DNA from: Octopus vulgaris | Taxonomy: Eukaryota | Assembly (NCBI GenBank): GCA_951406725.2 | Contig: OX597828.1 | Span: forward strand, 60,140,001-60,204,000 | Direction: 5' to 3' | Length of the DNA stretch: 64,000 nucleotides | Part shown: piece after piece, positions 1-13,594 of the stretch | How positions within the stretch are numbered: position 1 is the stretch's first letter | Layout: the number at the start of each line of letters is the position of its first letter | The notes under the pieces: model-generated | Seen by the model: the letters and a program-made list of their open reading frames with translations, nothing else | Database searches by the model: none | Told to the model about the DNA's origin: nothing | Program-made: the position numbers and the translations under genes

Positions 1-438
1 TTGTATTAGACATTTTGGCCTCATGGGGGATCCTTGAATGTTGATTATTTTTTATTTATTTCCGTCCATGAAAAGCTTCATATTTGAAAGGCCAATAACT
101 TGAAAATGCAGTAAGAGAGAGCAATTCTAATAACAGGTTCTGACAGGCTGGGATCAGATTACCCAAGGTAGCCAACTTCAGTAAAATACCATGATATGTT
201 TTAAAGATATTCAGCACCAAAATCTGTATAAATTAACATTCGTGTTCCACAAGGGGTGTAGCCCTCAAAATTTGGTGGGGAATATGTTTGAAACACTTAG
301 CAATTGGATTTTTAAATCGTGCATGTGTTTCTAATGCATATAGAGATATTATCAAAAACAATTTGAGCCAAATCTGAGTTCGTCAGGTGCAAAATGTATT
401 TGACATTGGTTGAATTCATATGGCATGACCTATATATA

Positions 439-555
439 CAGGAGTTGAACAAAATAATGGAAACACCTTAAAATTTCAAACAAATTGATTTTAATATGAA
501 GGTAGGACCACTTTTGGCAGTAATTACAGCTTGAATTCTACAAGGTATGGACATA
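439..555. mobile_element. Left end of Tc1/mariner-type MITE (same family as 8437-8737)
   Basis: ta|caggagttgaacaaaataatggaaacacct matches the TIR of the complete copy at 8437. Confidence 0.65.
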
Positions 556-1147
556 TAACAAACAATTATTTTTTAAAAAAACCATAAAAGGCCAACAAAT
601 TGTTTCGACTTATATATATTTTTTCTGATATACATACATAATAATATTTCCCTTATATATAAAGTCACTTCAGGCTCGTGGTTTAAAGATAGATGAAATT
701 CTGTGTGAAAGGACAGCTAGATTGTATGTATATAATAGAAGGAATGAACATGTGGTATCACTTTAGAGTATGTAATTTATGATTCAAACATAATTGCGGA
801 GTAAATAAGGGATTGAAAAGTTGTCCATAAAGTCTCTTATAGCTGTATCTCATTGAGTAAAGATTTTTATATAAAAGCCAAGTATTCCATCTTTAGAGAG
901 AAAAATTAAGGATGTTAGTAGTTACCAGTTCCATCATCAAAAAGAAGGTAAGGTAGACTATGAGTGGAAAGCCTGCAAAGAATACAGGACACAATAAAAG
1001 AAAGAAGGTCACAAATGCATAAGAGTAGATAGAGACTAACAGGTGTAGTGAAAGCATATATAACTGAAGATGAAAAATGGGTAATGGGTGTATATGCCAT
1101 ATTTTGCACCAGCTTTTCAGAATGTGTTCAATATGTAAAATGCACCA

Positions 1148-1349
1148 ATCCTCGCCTGGCACCTGTGCAGGTGGCACGTAAAAAGCACCCACTACACTCA
1201 CAGAGTGGTTGGCATTAGGAAGGGCATCCAGCTGTAGAAACATTGCCAGATAAGACTGGAGCCTGGTGCAGCCTTCTGGCTTCCCAGATCCCCGGTCAAA
1301 CCCATGCTAGCATGGAGAACGGACGTCAAACGATGATGATGATGATGAT
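1148..1349 (+). mobile_element. 3' tail of RTE LINE family A, ending in (GAT)n
   Basis: gagtggttggcattaggaagggcatccagctgtagaaac...cccatgctagcatgga...(gat)n, shared with the longer LINE copy ending at 11128. Confidence 0.8.
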
Positions 1350-1587
1350 GTAAAAGTTGTATATCTAATAACACTACACTGCTGTATTAAGTGGTTATTT
1401 AAGCAATGTGTTCATGGATGAGAAAGAGGTTAGACGGGTACTGATGAAAGAGCAAAACTCCTGTAATATGGCATATGGACTCATTACTCATTTTTCATCT
1501 TCGATCTCATTGTTTGTTTACATCTGACATCTCGGATACAAAACATCATAACAAAAGTCAGTGCTGGTTATAATTTCTATAGATTGT

Positions 1588-2950
1588 CATCATCATCACT
1601 GTTTAATGTCCGTCTTCCATGCATGCATAGTTAGAACAGTTGACAGTAGCCAGCCATGTAGAAGACTACTCCAGGTTACTGTGTCTGTTTTGGCAGGGTT
1701 TTCATGGCTGGATGCCCTTCCTAACACCAACCACTCTGCAGAGTGGACTCAATGCTTTTTACTTGGCAATATCACGGGCAAGGTTAGTTTTGACATGATT
1801 TTTACAGCTGGATGCCCTTTCGAATGCCAACTGCTTTACAGTGTAGATTGGATGCTTTTTACGTGGCACCAGAATTCTGAGAGGGGCCGGGCCATTTGAG
1901 GAGAACTTGTGTCAGATGATAAAAGGTTAGTGTGACAGAGAGGCAAAAACAGGTGTGCTGATGTAAAGGAGATACTTGGTTATGTAGTCAAAGGGGAAAA
2001 AAAGAGAAGTTGTGAGAGAGTGATCAAGAACAAGGGCAGAAACAAGTATGCTGCTGTAGAAAGCAACGTTACAGTGAGCAGGGTAGTGAGGGCAGGAAAG
2101 AGGAGTGGGAGATAATCGTAGTTTATGAAGAGGAAATGTGAGGAAGAGAAAGATGCAGTTTAGAAGAGATGTAGTTCAGTTTCTTTGGGTAAAAAGTGTG
2201 TGAAAAACAACACTTCTAGCACTCAGCTTTGCTGATGTAGCTGGGTCTTCTCTAGAACTTCATATCACCAAACATCTCAGTCCATTGTCATTTCTTCCTT
2301 GAGCCCTAACATCCTAAGATCAGTCCTCACCACTTCATCCCATGTCTTCCTGGGTCCCCCTCTTCCACAGGCACCACCTACTTTTAGTGACAGGCACTTC
2401 CATATACAGCTGTCTTTACTCATATTCATCACATGTCCAAACCAACACATTCTCCTTCCCTGCATACCACATTTGATACTTCTCATGCCTAACTTTTCTC
2501 TTAACACAGTTGCACTTTGTTAGTCATACGCACTGTTGTTGCAAATCCAATGGAGCATACTGCCTTTATTCCTCTCCACTCTATGCATGTCCTCTGCATC
2601 CATAGCCCATGTCTCACTAGCATGTAGTATAGCTGTTTGCACACAAACATCATGCAATCTGCCTTTCACTCTTAAGAGAGAATCCTTTTTTTTTGCCAAC
2701 AGAGGTAATAGCTCTCTGAACTGCCTCCAATCTATTCTTATTCTAGAAACAATATTTTCAAAGCATTCACCACTGTTATTAATTTGGTCACCTAAGTAGC
2801 AGAAACTATCTACTATCTCTAGAGAGCCTGCTGGGCATTTGAGAGAGTCTAAGTACCTCATGCTCTTAATGCTTATTGTTCCTGCGCATCTGCCACACAT
2901 GAAAGCAACCTTATCTGTTAACATACCTGCAATTTCACTGCATCTCTTAT
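1588..2950 (-). mobile_element. 5'-truncated RTE LINE family A (ORF2 C-terminus + long 3'UTR)
   Basis: Minus ORFs read LEIVDSFCYLGD...FRELLPLL...ETWA and WFGHV...GRGGPRKTWDEVV. The UTR ends in the (atc)n tail at ~1588. Confidence 0.85.
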
Positions 2951-3672
2951 ACGATAACCTTAACAAGTTCTTATATCTGTGTACATTAATCCTTGATATA
3001 ATTTATCTATACTCTAATTAACTATATATACTCTTAACTAACTCCATTGTATTCATTATATTTATTTTACTGTAATTGAACTATAGACATTTGTGCATAT
3101 TAATTTTATGAATGTAAATTGACAGTACATTCTTATCTATCCATACATTTCGCTGTCATAATAACACTACACAAAACTATAAATATAATTTGCTACATTG
3201 CCCTTTACTATTGTCTGCCAATTACTTCAAAGAATTGAGGGGGTCAATTTTAAATTTGGTGCTGATCTCTCTGATAAGGAATTTGTACTGCCTGTTTCTG
3301 ATTCTGGGTGGTAGCAGTAGATTTGTAGTCAAAGATAAAATATGCTATTCAAGTTTTCTTCTATTATGATATCTCCTACCATTCTTCTCATTTGAGGATT
3401 CAGCTTTGGATATTTGTCTTCCCTTCACAGCCTACAGTTTCTGATTGCCTGATTATTCTCCTGCCCACTTCTATCTTGATCTGTTGTGTGTTCATATGCT
3501 GCTGAACCTGCTGGTTTTACTGACATATCAAATATTGTCCTACATGTGGTTGCCTAATGATTTGGAGTTATTATGTAATGAATGATGCATTGCATAATCT
3601 CATAGGTGTTGCATGTCTTGCATAACTGACCATATGATGTTGCATCAAAATATATGAGAGGGTGCTGAAAAT

Positions 3673-5777
3673 CAGAGCTGGGCATAAGTTTGCTAATCAT
3701 CAATTAATGAAGTTAACATTTTCATTAATGATTTGACTTTTAAGATAACTTTGAAAATCATTATCAGACTAATTAACTTCCATTACATTTAGGTTCCATT
3801 AACTCAAGTCTGTTAATGCAAAAATTTCATAAAAACCAGTAAACATTTAAAAGTTTCTATTGTTTTCAGATTGTCTTAGCATATTTAATATTGTACGTGT
3901 TGTTCTTTCAACCCCGCTATGTATGCCACTTATTATTATAATTAACTTGTAGGACCTCGTTTGGCCCTGCTTGGATTTGAACCCAAATCTACCTGCTTGT
4001 TGCTTGCAAAGACAGCAGGAAATTTTTTTTGTCCTGTCAAAAGATAACAGTGATTGATGTCTTTCCACTTGATCCATGACCTTGCTGTTAAGGATGTCAA
4101 CAGAGAAAATATTGACTTTCATAAAGGGGAAAAAATAAATGGAAAGAAAATAGTTGGTAAATACTTCGGTGTGAACTCAAATATTTCAATGTGAATGCAA
4201 ATAGCTGTTACCTGGTAGCAGGGCATGCTAGAAATAGCAGCTAAACCTTTCCTTTTTTGGAAAAGGAACCATTTACACATGATTTCAATATCACATTCAT
4301 TGAAAGCATGCAAAATAACTTAGAAAAGAAAAAAGGACCCATGAAACAAAACTCCCTTGGTGGGAAGCTTCGAGGTCCCCACCACCCTGCCCACCTTTCT
4401 TTTCCTGAAAAAGGTGGCTTGCGATGGGTTTGGAGGTCAGATATGTTGAATTCACCCGAAAAAAAACTGTGGAAAAAATTAGTTCACACCGAGGTACGAA
4501 ATATTTACCGAAAGAATAAAATCTTGTACCGATTATACATGTATTTTAATTAATTCAAATTAATGATACCTCATCTTGAAAAGTGGCAGAATTTCTTTTG
4601 CCATCTGGGATAATTTTAGTAACAAATCAAACAGGTAAGATGCATTAGGAATTTCAATTTTTGTGTTTATTCCTAATGTTATTGTTTTTACATCTGTTAA
4701 TTAAATTTACCTGCCCATAAATATTTACTCAGCAAGATCAGCTAAAATTACATAACTATAAACCAGTGGTATATAAAGCACCCACTGACAAAATTTCAAA
4801 TCTGTATGTAAAAAATTTAGAAAGTTACAAGCAAATACTGTGAACACTTCTCTTAAACCTGAATGATTCAGAATAATATGAACAAATAAGCATTGCATTT
4901 GAGAGATTAATATGAACCCTAATGGTGTTTTTAGGTGCTTTTTTCTTACAAACACACATAACATAGCTTCGCTCAGTTGGGACTATATGTCTCTTACTTT
5001 GACATCATCATTCCATAAAATTTGTTTATGGGGAGAAAAATATTGTAAAATATTAGATGTGTGAGTGAGAAAGAAATGAGGAAGGAGGTTTTGGGATGTG
5101 CTAGAAACAGCTGTATCTCTCTTAAATCACACATTTTCCTCTGAAATTATTAATTTTTAAAAAAACTGAAAATGTTTCTCTCATGGGGTTGAAGTGCATA
5201 GTGAAAAAGAAATGGCCAAAATTGTTTCAAACTGGGGTGGTGAGAGGGTAGCAGGAGTGAAAAAAATGAATTTTCAAAATTTTTTTTTTCTTTCTTCATG
5301 AAAAAATATCTCTCATCATTCTGAAGGCTTTGGTGAAAAACGTTGGAAAAATCCCCATCAAAATGGAGAAATTTCACTTTGTGTGGACCATCTGATCTGA
5401 AACTCCATTTTCCAGGAACCCCTCCCCCTTTCAAACATTTTACATACAAATTGCTTTGTAATTGTAATTTACACCATTTGAAAGGTATTTGTATAAAATT
5501 TCATTAAAAAATACCTATTTTCCTTGGAAAATTTTTTCCATCAAATCTTTACATACACTCAATTTATAGGATATAAGTAATTATTTGGTGAAAGTTTCGT
5601 TAAAAAGTATCCATCTTTCTGAAAATTATGAAGCAACAAAATTGGTTGGTATTAAACTATAGTTATGCCTCTTTTCAATAAAAGTTAAAGTTAACAGATT
5701 AACATTAACTTCTGTTACACTTTCAAAGAATTCACAATTAACAAAGTTAACTTCTCAATTAATGGTACCCACTTCTG
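3673..5777. mobile_element. Non-autonomous hAT-like DNA transposon (~2.1 kb)
   Basis: Perfect 8-bp TSD ctgaaaat (3665-3672, 5778-5785). Imperfect TIR cagagctgggca / tacccacttctg. Subterminal aagttaac repeats at both ends. Confidence 0.75.
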
Positions 5778-5844
5778 CTGAAAATGATATCAGATGTGAG
5801 CTGTTAGATAGAATAGAATGGAATATTGTCGGATAGAGAGATAA

Positions 5845-7312
5845 CTGAAGGCAGACTAGATGATATGCAGTTTGGATTTGTCCCTAGGAAAAGCACCACA
5901 GAAACTATTTTCAGAGCCAGGCAACTTCAAGAGAAGTACTTAACCAAAAATAAGCCATTGTGCTTGGCATTTGTTGATCTAGAGAAAGCCTTCAACAAAG
6001 CACCTCACTCTGTGATATGGTTGTCTCTGAGGAAGCTAGTGGTAGATGTTAGTGTTAGTAAGGTAAGAGTCAACCAAGGCTCAGTCCTCAGCCCCTCTCC
6101 CATTCATCATCATCCTCCAGGCCATAACAGACAAATTTAAGACTGGAAAGCCAGAAGAACTACTAGATGCTGATGACTTTGCCCTCATATCAGAATCTGT
6201 AACAGAATTAGAAAAGGAATTCCTGATGTGGAAACAAAACCTGGAGTCAAAGGGTCTTACAGTTAACTTAGCAAAATCCAAGGTCCTATTAAGCAAGAAA
6301 TCAGGTAGGACCATTCCAATTGGCCCTGCTCAGTTTGTTGGAAGGGCGTTGGCAGAAATTCCATTCGGTGTACCTACTGCAAGCTATAGACACAAGATGT
6401 GCAGTGGAATAATTAGGAAGATTAACAAAGAAAGTAGTGTTTGTATGTGGAAGATGTACAAGAGGCATAAAGTCTACAGATACATGGGGAAACTGATTTC
6501 CTCAAATGTTCCAGAGACTCTCTGGAAGTTGTAGATAATTTTTGCTACCTAGGTGACCTAATTAGCAGTGGAGGAATATATACAGAAACTATAATTGCTA
6601 AAATAAGAATAGGATGGAGAAAGTTCAGCTTGGCGAAAATTGTAAGATGCATGTGTACAGATTACAATGCTACATGGTAGTGAGATATGGGCTTTGAATG
6701 CAGTGAACATGTGAAGATTAGAGAAGAATGAAGCTGGTATGCACCACTGGATGTGCAATGTCAGTGCACATGTGTAAAAGACACTACTGTATTGAGAGAA
6801 AAGTTCACCATAAGAGAAATTATATGCAGTGTGCAAGAGAAGTGACTGCACTAGTCATGTGATGTGGATCGTTGAGGACAATTGCATAAAGAAGTAATGA
6901 TCACTCAAAGTAAAAGGAAGTTATGGAAGAGGGAGAGTGAGGAAGACATGAGAAAATATTGAAGCCATATCAGAATGCTGAGGTTTACAAAGGAGATGAC
7001 AGAGGACTGAGATATGTGGTGCATTGCTGTGCTCAAGAAGACCTGCCCTCCACTCAAAATTGATATCCTGAAATCAAGGTGCCACATAAAAAGCATTGGC
7101 ATTGGTTCTGGTGTCACATAAAAAGCACTGGTGCTAGTGCCACAAAAACCACCCTGTACACTGTAAAGTGGTTGATCTTAGGAAAGGCATCCAGCTGTAT
7201 AAACCAAATAAAAACAGACTATGGTACCTGGTGTGGTCCCTGCTTTTGCCAGCTCTTGTGAAAGCTGTCCAGCCTATGCAGCATGGAAAATGGATGTTAA
7301 ATGATGATGATA
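5845..7312 (+). mobile_element. Decayed RTE LINE family A (RT through 3' tail)
   Basis: QFGFVPRKSTTETIF..LQEKYL..LAFVDLEKAF, QGSVLSP, LDADD, GLTVNLAKSKVL, frameshifted Cys-rich finger, (gat)n tail. Confidence 0.88.
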
Positions 7313-7337
7313 AGGAGGAGGAGGATATGTGTGTGTG

Positions 7338-7386
<49 letters not shown>

Positions 7387-7644
7387 AATAAATGGTGTTG
7401 AACAAAGATGTTATTAAAATTCTTTTAACATCTTCATTCAACTCCATTTATTTACTTATAATACACAAATTACTGCACATTAACCCGGGATTGCTACCTT
7501 TGAATAGGTCGCTTCATCCATGTTACTTGCGTGAATTTTGCTACCCTGGTAACTGTTTATTGAATTTTCTATGTTAACGGTAAACAAAGGATAATTCATT
7601 GATCCATTTAAATATTCTTATACAGATTATATATATATATATAT

Positions 7645-8026
7645 TTTATTTGTTTCAGTCATTTGACTGCGGCCATGCAGGACCACGACCTTTAGTCAAA
7701 CAAATCTACCCCAGGACTTATTCTTTGTAAGCCTACTACTTATTCTATCGGTCTCTTTTGCCGAACTGCTAAGTTACAGGGATGTAAATACACTAGCATT
7801 GGTTGTCAAGCGATGTTGGGGGGACAAGCACAGACATACAAACATATATATATATATATATATACATATATACAACGGGCTTCTTTCAGTTTCTGTCTAC
7901 CAAATCCACTCACAAGGTTTTGGTCGGCCCGAGGCTATAGTAGAAGACACTTGCCCAAGGTGCCACACAGTGGTACTGAACCTTTAACCATGTGGTTGGT
8001 AAACAATCTACCTACCACACAGCCTG
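7645..8026 (-). mobile_element. tRNA-derived SINE family 1 (CORE-like middle, internal (TA)n)
   Basis: Reverse complement of the full copy at 28592-28973. Confidence 0.85.
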
Positions 8027-8436
8027 CACATCATGTCTTTAAAACTACAGAACTTTCTAGCCAAGGATTGACTTCATAGCTAATCATAGAATTATCAAGA
8101 GACTTAATTTAACTGTTTTACCTTCTACCAAGCATAGACATTTTGTTAATTTGGAGTTTTATTCTAAGCATTGAATTTACCAAAAGTTTGACTTTTAATT
8201 TCAGCCTTCCTTTACACTGAAACCTTCTAAGAAGCTTGAATGTACAAAGTCTATAAAAATTTTGATTTGTTTTATTGTTGATTCTGAAGCCTATCATGTT
8301 AAAAGTGGTGTGCATTTGTCTAGTTGTATTTGTTGACCTATACTGCTGTGCTGAGAATTTCAGTGGTTTCTCTGATGTTATCTGTACTTCACTTGAAAGT
8401 TTTTACTAATTTCAACTGTTATATTCTCTGCATATA

Positions 8437-8737
8437 CAGGGGTTGGACAAAATAATAGAAACACCTTAAAATTTGGCAGTAATTAAAGCTTGAATTCTAT
8501 GAGGTATGGACTCGTACAAAGTTTGAATTGTATGAGTACCAACAATTTGACCTCTTTGAGAGTCCAACAGATCTGTCATTTTAATGAATTTTAAATACCT
8601 TTTTCTGATATCTGAAAAGAAGCAGCAATTTTAGCAAAACATATTAAACAACACTAATAATAAACAAGCTTTTGACAGTTTTATAGATATTTCAAAGTTA
8701 TGATGCTAGGTGTTTCCATTATTTTGTCCAACCTTTG
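8437..8737. mobile_element. Tc1/mariner-type MITE, 301 bp
   Basis: ~30-bp TIR caggggttggacaaaataatagaaacacct / aggtgtttccattattttgtccaacctttg, flanked by TA on both sides. Confidence 0.85.
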
Positions 8738-9094
8738 TATATATCTGTATATTTAAGAAGAACATGACTAAAACCCATATATTTGTCATTTGCTCCACAA
8801 TTTCTTCTTAGAATCCAACATTATAATTTTCATTATAATTTCAAAAGTATTTTCAGATCCTTTGTTTTAATTTAATTTGATTAATGAAAATCACAAATAC
8901 TTTCATGAAAAAATTACACAGAAATATTTTGTAAGCTTAATGATTTCAAATGGATTTATTTCAGATAAAAATCATTTCAGCAATAAAAGTAACACTATAT
9001 ATTCTTCATACATTTTGGTAAATATTTGCCACTTCTTGCTTTTTAAATAATAAATTATGAACTTCAATAATTTTCTGTATTTTTTGTTTTGTAG

Positions 9095-9182
9095 AAACTT
9101 CCAGCAAAAATAGGTAACTTGAAAAAGTTAAGAGTCTTGGATTTAGAAGAAAATAAACTGGAAAATTTACCTCAAGAAATTG
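9095..9182 (+). CDS. SHOC2: Internal coding exon of leucine-rich repeat protein SHOC2/SUR-8 homolog
   Basis: Polypyrimidine tract + ttgtag acceptor, gtaag donor. The 88 nt read [29 protein letters not shown](G), close to SHOC2 [30 protein letters not shown] as recalled. Ends in phase 1. Confidence 0.9.
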
Positions 9183-9561
9183 GTAAGTTTTTTCTCCTCA
9201 TCTGTGTAATTTGACTTGAAAGTATTTAAAAAGTATTTAATATTAAAATGAATTTCAAACTGATTATTGATTTTAAAATTTGCATTTCTATTTAAACAGA
9301 AAACGAGTTGTTATCTGAAAACTAAAGTAACTCACTGTTTCTCTATTAAACTTTAGAAGTTAAATTACATTAAATCTATTTGAATTGGAAGTGAGTTGGG
9401 TTTTTTTCCAAAACTTGTGTGTTGTATAATAAGACATCTGTTGTGTATTGTACATGATACCTTTTATAATTTTTGCCTGTTAACTTGATTTATTTTGGGG
9501 TGTTTCCTTTTAAGTGATATCTCATTATATAAGTTGGATGCTCCTCTAGACAGGATGCTTC

Positions 9562-11128
9562 TCAAGACAGGATGCCCCCTTGGAGCTCCTCTATGCTGAC
9601 GGCCTTACTCTAATTGCTGAGTCACTACCAGAACTAGAGGAGAAGTTTCAAGTGTGGAAGCAAGGGTTAGAATCGAAGGGCTTTAGACCTAGTGAAAACC
9701 AAAGTCCTAATAAGTAGGAAGGCAGGCAAACCACAAATCCCTTCAGGTAGATGGCCCTGCTCGATCTGTAGAAAAGGCATAGGTAGAAACTCTATAAGAT
9801 GTACCCAGTGTAAGCCATGGACACATAAGAGGTGCAGCAATATCAAAGGAAGGCTAACTAGGAAGATAGTTTTTGTATGTGGCAGATGCTCAGGAGCAAT
9901 AAACACTGAAAATGTGCGGAGAACAACTTCCTCCACATTCCAGGGAGAAAAACTAGAAGTAGTCGATAGCTTCTGTTACCTAGGTGACCAAGTCAGTAGC
10001 AGGGGGGTGTGCTGAAAGTGTAACAGCTAGAGTAAGAATAGCCTGGACAAAGTTCAGAGAGCTCTTACCTCTGCTGGTGACAAAGGGCCTCTCGCTCAAA
10101 GTAAAAGATAGACTGTCTGACACATGTGTACAAACAGCCATGCTACATAGCAGTGAAACATGGGCCATGACTGCTGAGGACATGCATAAGCTCACAAGGA
10201 ATGAAGCTAATATGCTCTGATGGATGTGCAATGTCAGTGTGCATACTCAACAGAGTGTAAGTGTCTTGAGAGAAAAGTTGGACCTAAGAAGCATCAAATG
10301 TGGTGTGCAAGAGAGATGTTTGCGCTGGTATGGGCATGTGGCGAGAATGGATGTGGATAGCTGGGTGAAAAAGTGCCTCACCCTAGCGGTTGAGGGAACC
10401 TGTAGAAGAGATAGACCCAGGAAGACCTGGGATGAAGTGGTGAAGCATGACCTTTGAATATTGGGCCTCACCAAGGCAATGACTAGTGACCGTGACCTTT
10501 TTAAATATACTGTGCATGAGAAGACTCGGCAAGCTCAAGTGAGACCATAACCTTATGGCCTATGCCAAGGGTGTAACCACCCCACTTATGCATACCTTTC
10601 CTTCATTGGACACTAAACTCTGCTTGTGAAGACCTGTTGAGGCAAGTGAAATCGAAATCAAATTCGATGACTGGCATCTGTGCTAGTAAAGCGCTAAGAG
10701 CACCATACGAGCGTGATCGTTGCCAGAGCAACAAGCTGGCCTCCATGCTGATGGCACATAAAAAGTACCATTTGAGCATGATCGTTACTTGCGTCGCCTT
10801 ACTGGCACTTGTGCTGGTGGTACATGTAAAAACATTCAAGTGAGGTAATTTCCAGTACCGCTAGACTGGCTCCTGTGCAGGTGGCACATAAAAAGCACCA
10901 TTTGAGTGTGGCTGTTGCCAATACCGCCTGACTGGCCCTCATACCAGTGGCACGTAAAAGCACCCACTACACTCTTGGAGTGGTTGGCGTTAGGAAGGGC
11001 ATCCAGCTGTAGTAACTCTACCAGATCAGATTGGAGTCTGGTGCAGCCATCTGGTTCGCCAGACCTCAGTCAAATTGTCCAACCCATGCTAGCATGGAAA
11101 GTGGATGCTAAACGATGATGATGATGAT
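9562..11128 (+). mobile_element. 5'-truncated RTE LINE family A: RT C-terminus with PHD-finger insert, thumb, 3'UTR tandem array, (GAT)n tail
   Basis: ELLYADG(D)L, KTKVL, C4HC3 finger, LEVVDSFCYLGD, WTKFRELLPLL, RWYGHVARM, RPRKTWDEVV. Contains stops and frameshifts. Confidence 0.92.
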
Positions 11129-13594
11129 ATGTCGGAAGGAATGCTATATTTTTTAACAGTTAGCAAAACAGTTCTTAGTATTGCTCACTGTTTCTTCTTT
11201 AAAGTTATCTTCTGTTACCTTGAGTACGTCTTTTATATCTATTTCTACTGTTGCCATCTCATATTTTTTTCACTCTGAATGTATCACCCATTCATATTAC
11301 ATTGCATACCCATACTTGTGTACATACTTGCGTACATTAACTAATATTTCTTTTTTGTTTTCAACTTACATGTTAGAAGTTGTCAACAGTCTCTGAACTG
11401 TATGGCAAAAACCTCTGACAAATTAATTAGATTTCTCCTCAGCATGGCATTGAATGGTCACTAGGAACAGGAAGCCATAGTTGTGACACTATGGACATTT
11501 GGCATAAATATTGCTTGACAAATGAAGATAAGCTAAGAAATATTCTATTACTTTTTTTTATTTCTGAGGAGACTAGCAAATGATATTTACTTGGAAATAG
11601 TAATCATAAATATTTAGAAGTAACATATGTTACTTTCAATGAAATAAATGTCCAGAGACTCTGCCTGGTATAAAATACCCTGCCAACCCCCTACTCATCT
11701 TCTATTGCGATAAGGTCTTCTGGAATCTTAGCAAATCCGCTTCCTATGTTATTGAAACAGCTTCATTCTCAGCTGTTCCTCCTAACTAACTCTGTAAGCT
11801 CCTCCACTCTATCTCCATAACAGTGATTACCTTTATGCCAAACCACTTTAGTCTATTATTGTACTTTACCATTGCTAGCTCCATTGGTAATGAAACTTTT
11901 CCCTTAATTATGGGAGGTTATGATTTTTCATCTATAACTTGTTAACTAAAGCCTTTACATCACAATGATAACCTTTATCCCTAGCAACCCTAGACTCCCA
12001 CTGTGAATCCAGTTCATAGATAAAGGCCCTATGCAAGAAATGAGACACTGTAATATCTGTCCAGCCTGTGGCAACAGAAAAACAAATATAAAATAATGAA
12101 GAGGATGCTTACAGCATTTCTTAAAATTCAATACTGCACATCTAATGAACAGTATTCCCTATGTTCCTCTTCAACTAGTACTATATTCTGAACTTAAATA
12201 TACTCATGTGTTCTTTACACAATAGAATATTTTTATCTCTGTCCCATTCACTCTTAAGATCCTGTGGTACTTACTTCTAGTTCAGTCAGAAACTAGCAAT
12301 TTTGATGAAATTCAATTATTTGAAGAAAAAAGATCATTAAAATTTAACTGTTTCATGAATTTGGATGACATTATGATAATTATGGGTGTAAATTGTGAAT
12401 GTAGTTTCCATTTGTTGTCATGTCACTTTTGCCTGTCCAATAAGTTGAATATAGTTAAGCTGATTACATGTAAGTGTTTTTATATGAGTTTACAAGATAT
12501 TGATTTCTGGGTATCAATTTCTCATCTTCAGAGCTGAATTTCTGCTCCACTTAATCTCTGTGCTTTGGAAGCTGCACAATGAATTCCAAGATAGGCCTTC
12601 ATCTCCTCTATTCAAAGGCTTTTTTTAATGTCCAACAAATTAGTGTTATTTATTCTTATTACAATAATTATGCCCTCACCCAGTAGCAGTATCAACTGCA
12701 TGAACACTCACACTCAGAACTGATAAACTCTGATAGCATTTAAATAGATGGTGTGTACAGATGACACTAAAATTTTCACTTAGATTATTTTCTCCAAGAC
12801 CAAGCTATTTTCTGATTACTCCATTAATAAATAGATTTATAAATAACTCAGTAACTAATATCATCAAATTATTGTTTGATGTATTAACTGCCATTGTCCT
12901 TGAAGAAAGAAAATCTAGAGAAAGTCACTCACTCAAATACAAAAAAAAAAAAAATGAACTTACAATATGCAAACAGGAAGTCTTTTGACTGAGAGTTCTT
13001 TCTAAAATCAGGCTAAACTTTGTTTCACACATGAAGGTGCTTAATTCTAAGTGACAATGCGATTTGAATTGTGATATTATTTGGTTTGGGATGCGGCAAC
13101 AGTTGTGTTTAGCTGCAGTATAGAACTTTAAGAGTTGATTGAATAAGCTTTTGCAAGAACAAGTTTGAAACCCATCTTTAGAAGAGCATTTTTTATCATT
13201 CAGACCCATTCTAAGTTTTGTACTCTGCCTTCATGTTCTCCAGTGTAAATTAACTATCTAGTAATGAAAGTTAGGATTGTACATAGTATTTATGTCTATC
13301 TATTTTTATTAAATTCCATAAACGTTCCGCTCTCTTGTTCACTTCTTTGAATTTTCATAGAGGGTTCCCTAAATTTTTTTCTTTTGCTCTCCTTTTCAGG
13401 ATCTGTACTGTTTATTAATACCTCTTAAGTTTGTACCTCCTCCAACAAAAGATTCATTGTTGCTTTTCTGTTTTCCCAACTACTGCAGAAATCAATTTCA
13501 TATCAATATGCAAACACATAGGAAATATTAACTTTTTCTTGACATTAATCAACTAATATGATTATGGTTAAATAATGATTTTTTAAAATTCTAG

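Noticed and set aside
1-432. Possible right end of a DNA transposon
   Set aside because: The partner end lies outside the window, so TIR and TSD cannot be confirmed.
4600-4640. acaaatcaaacag|gtaaga as a possible upstream SHOC2 exon end (TNQ)
   Set aside because: The upstream translation does not fit an LRR, the phase is incompatible with the phase-0 start at 9095, and it lies inside the hAT element.
11650-12010. Possible CR1/L2-type LINE remnant (similar hint at 16150-16640)
   Set aside because: Similarity is too weak to support without a database search.
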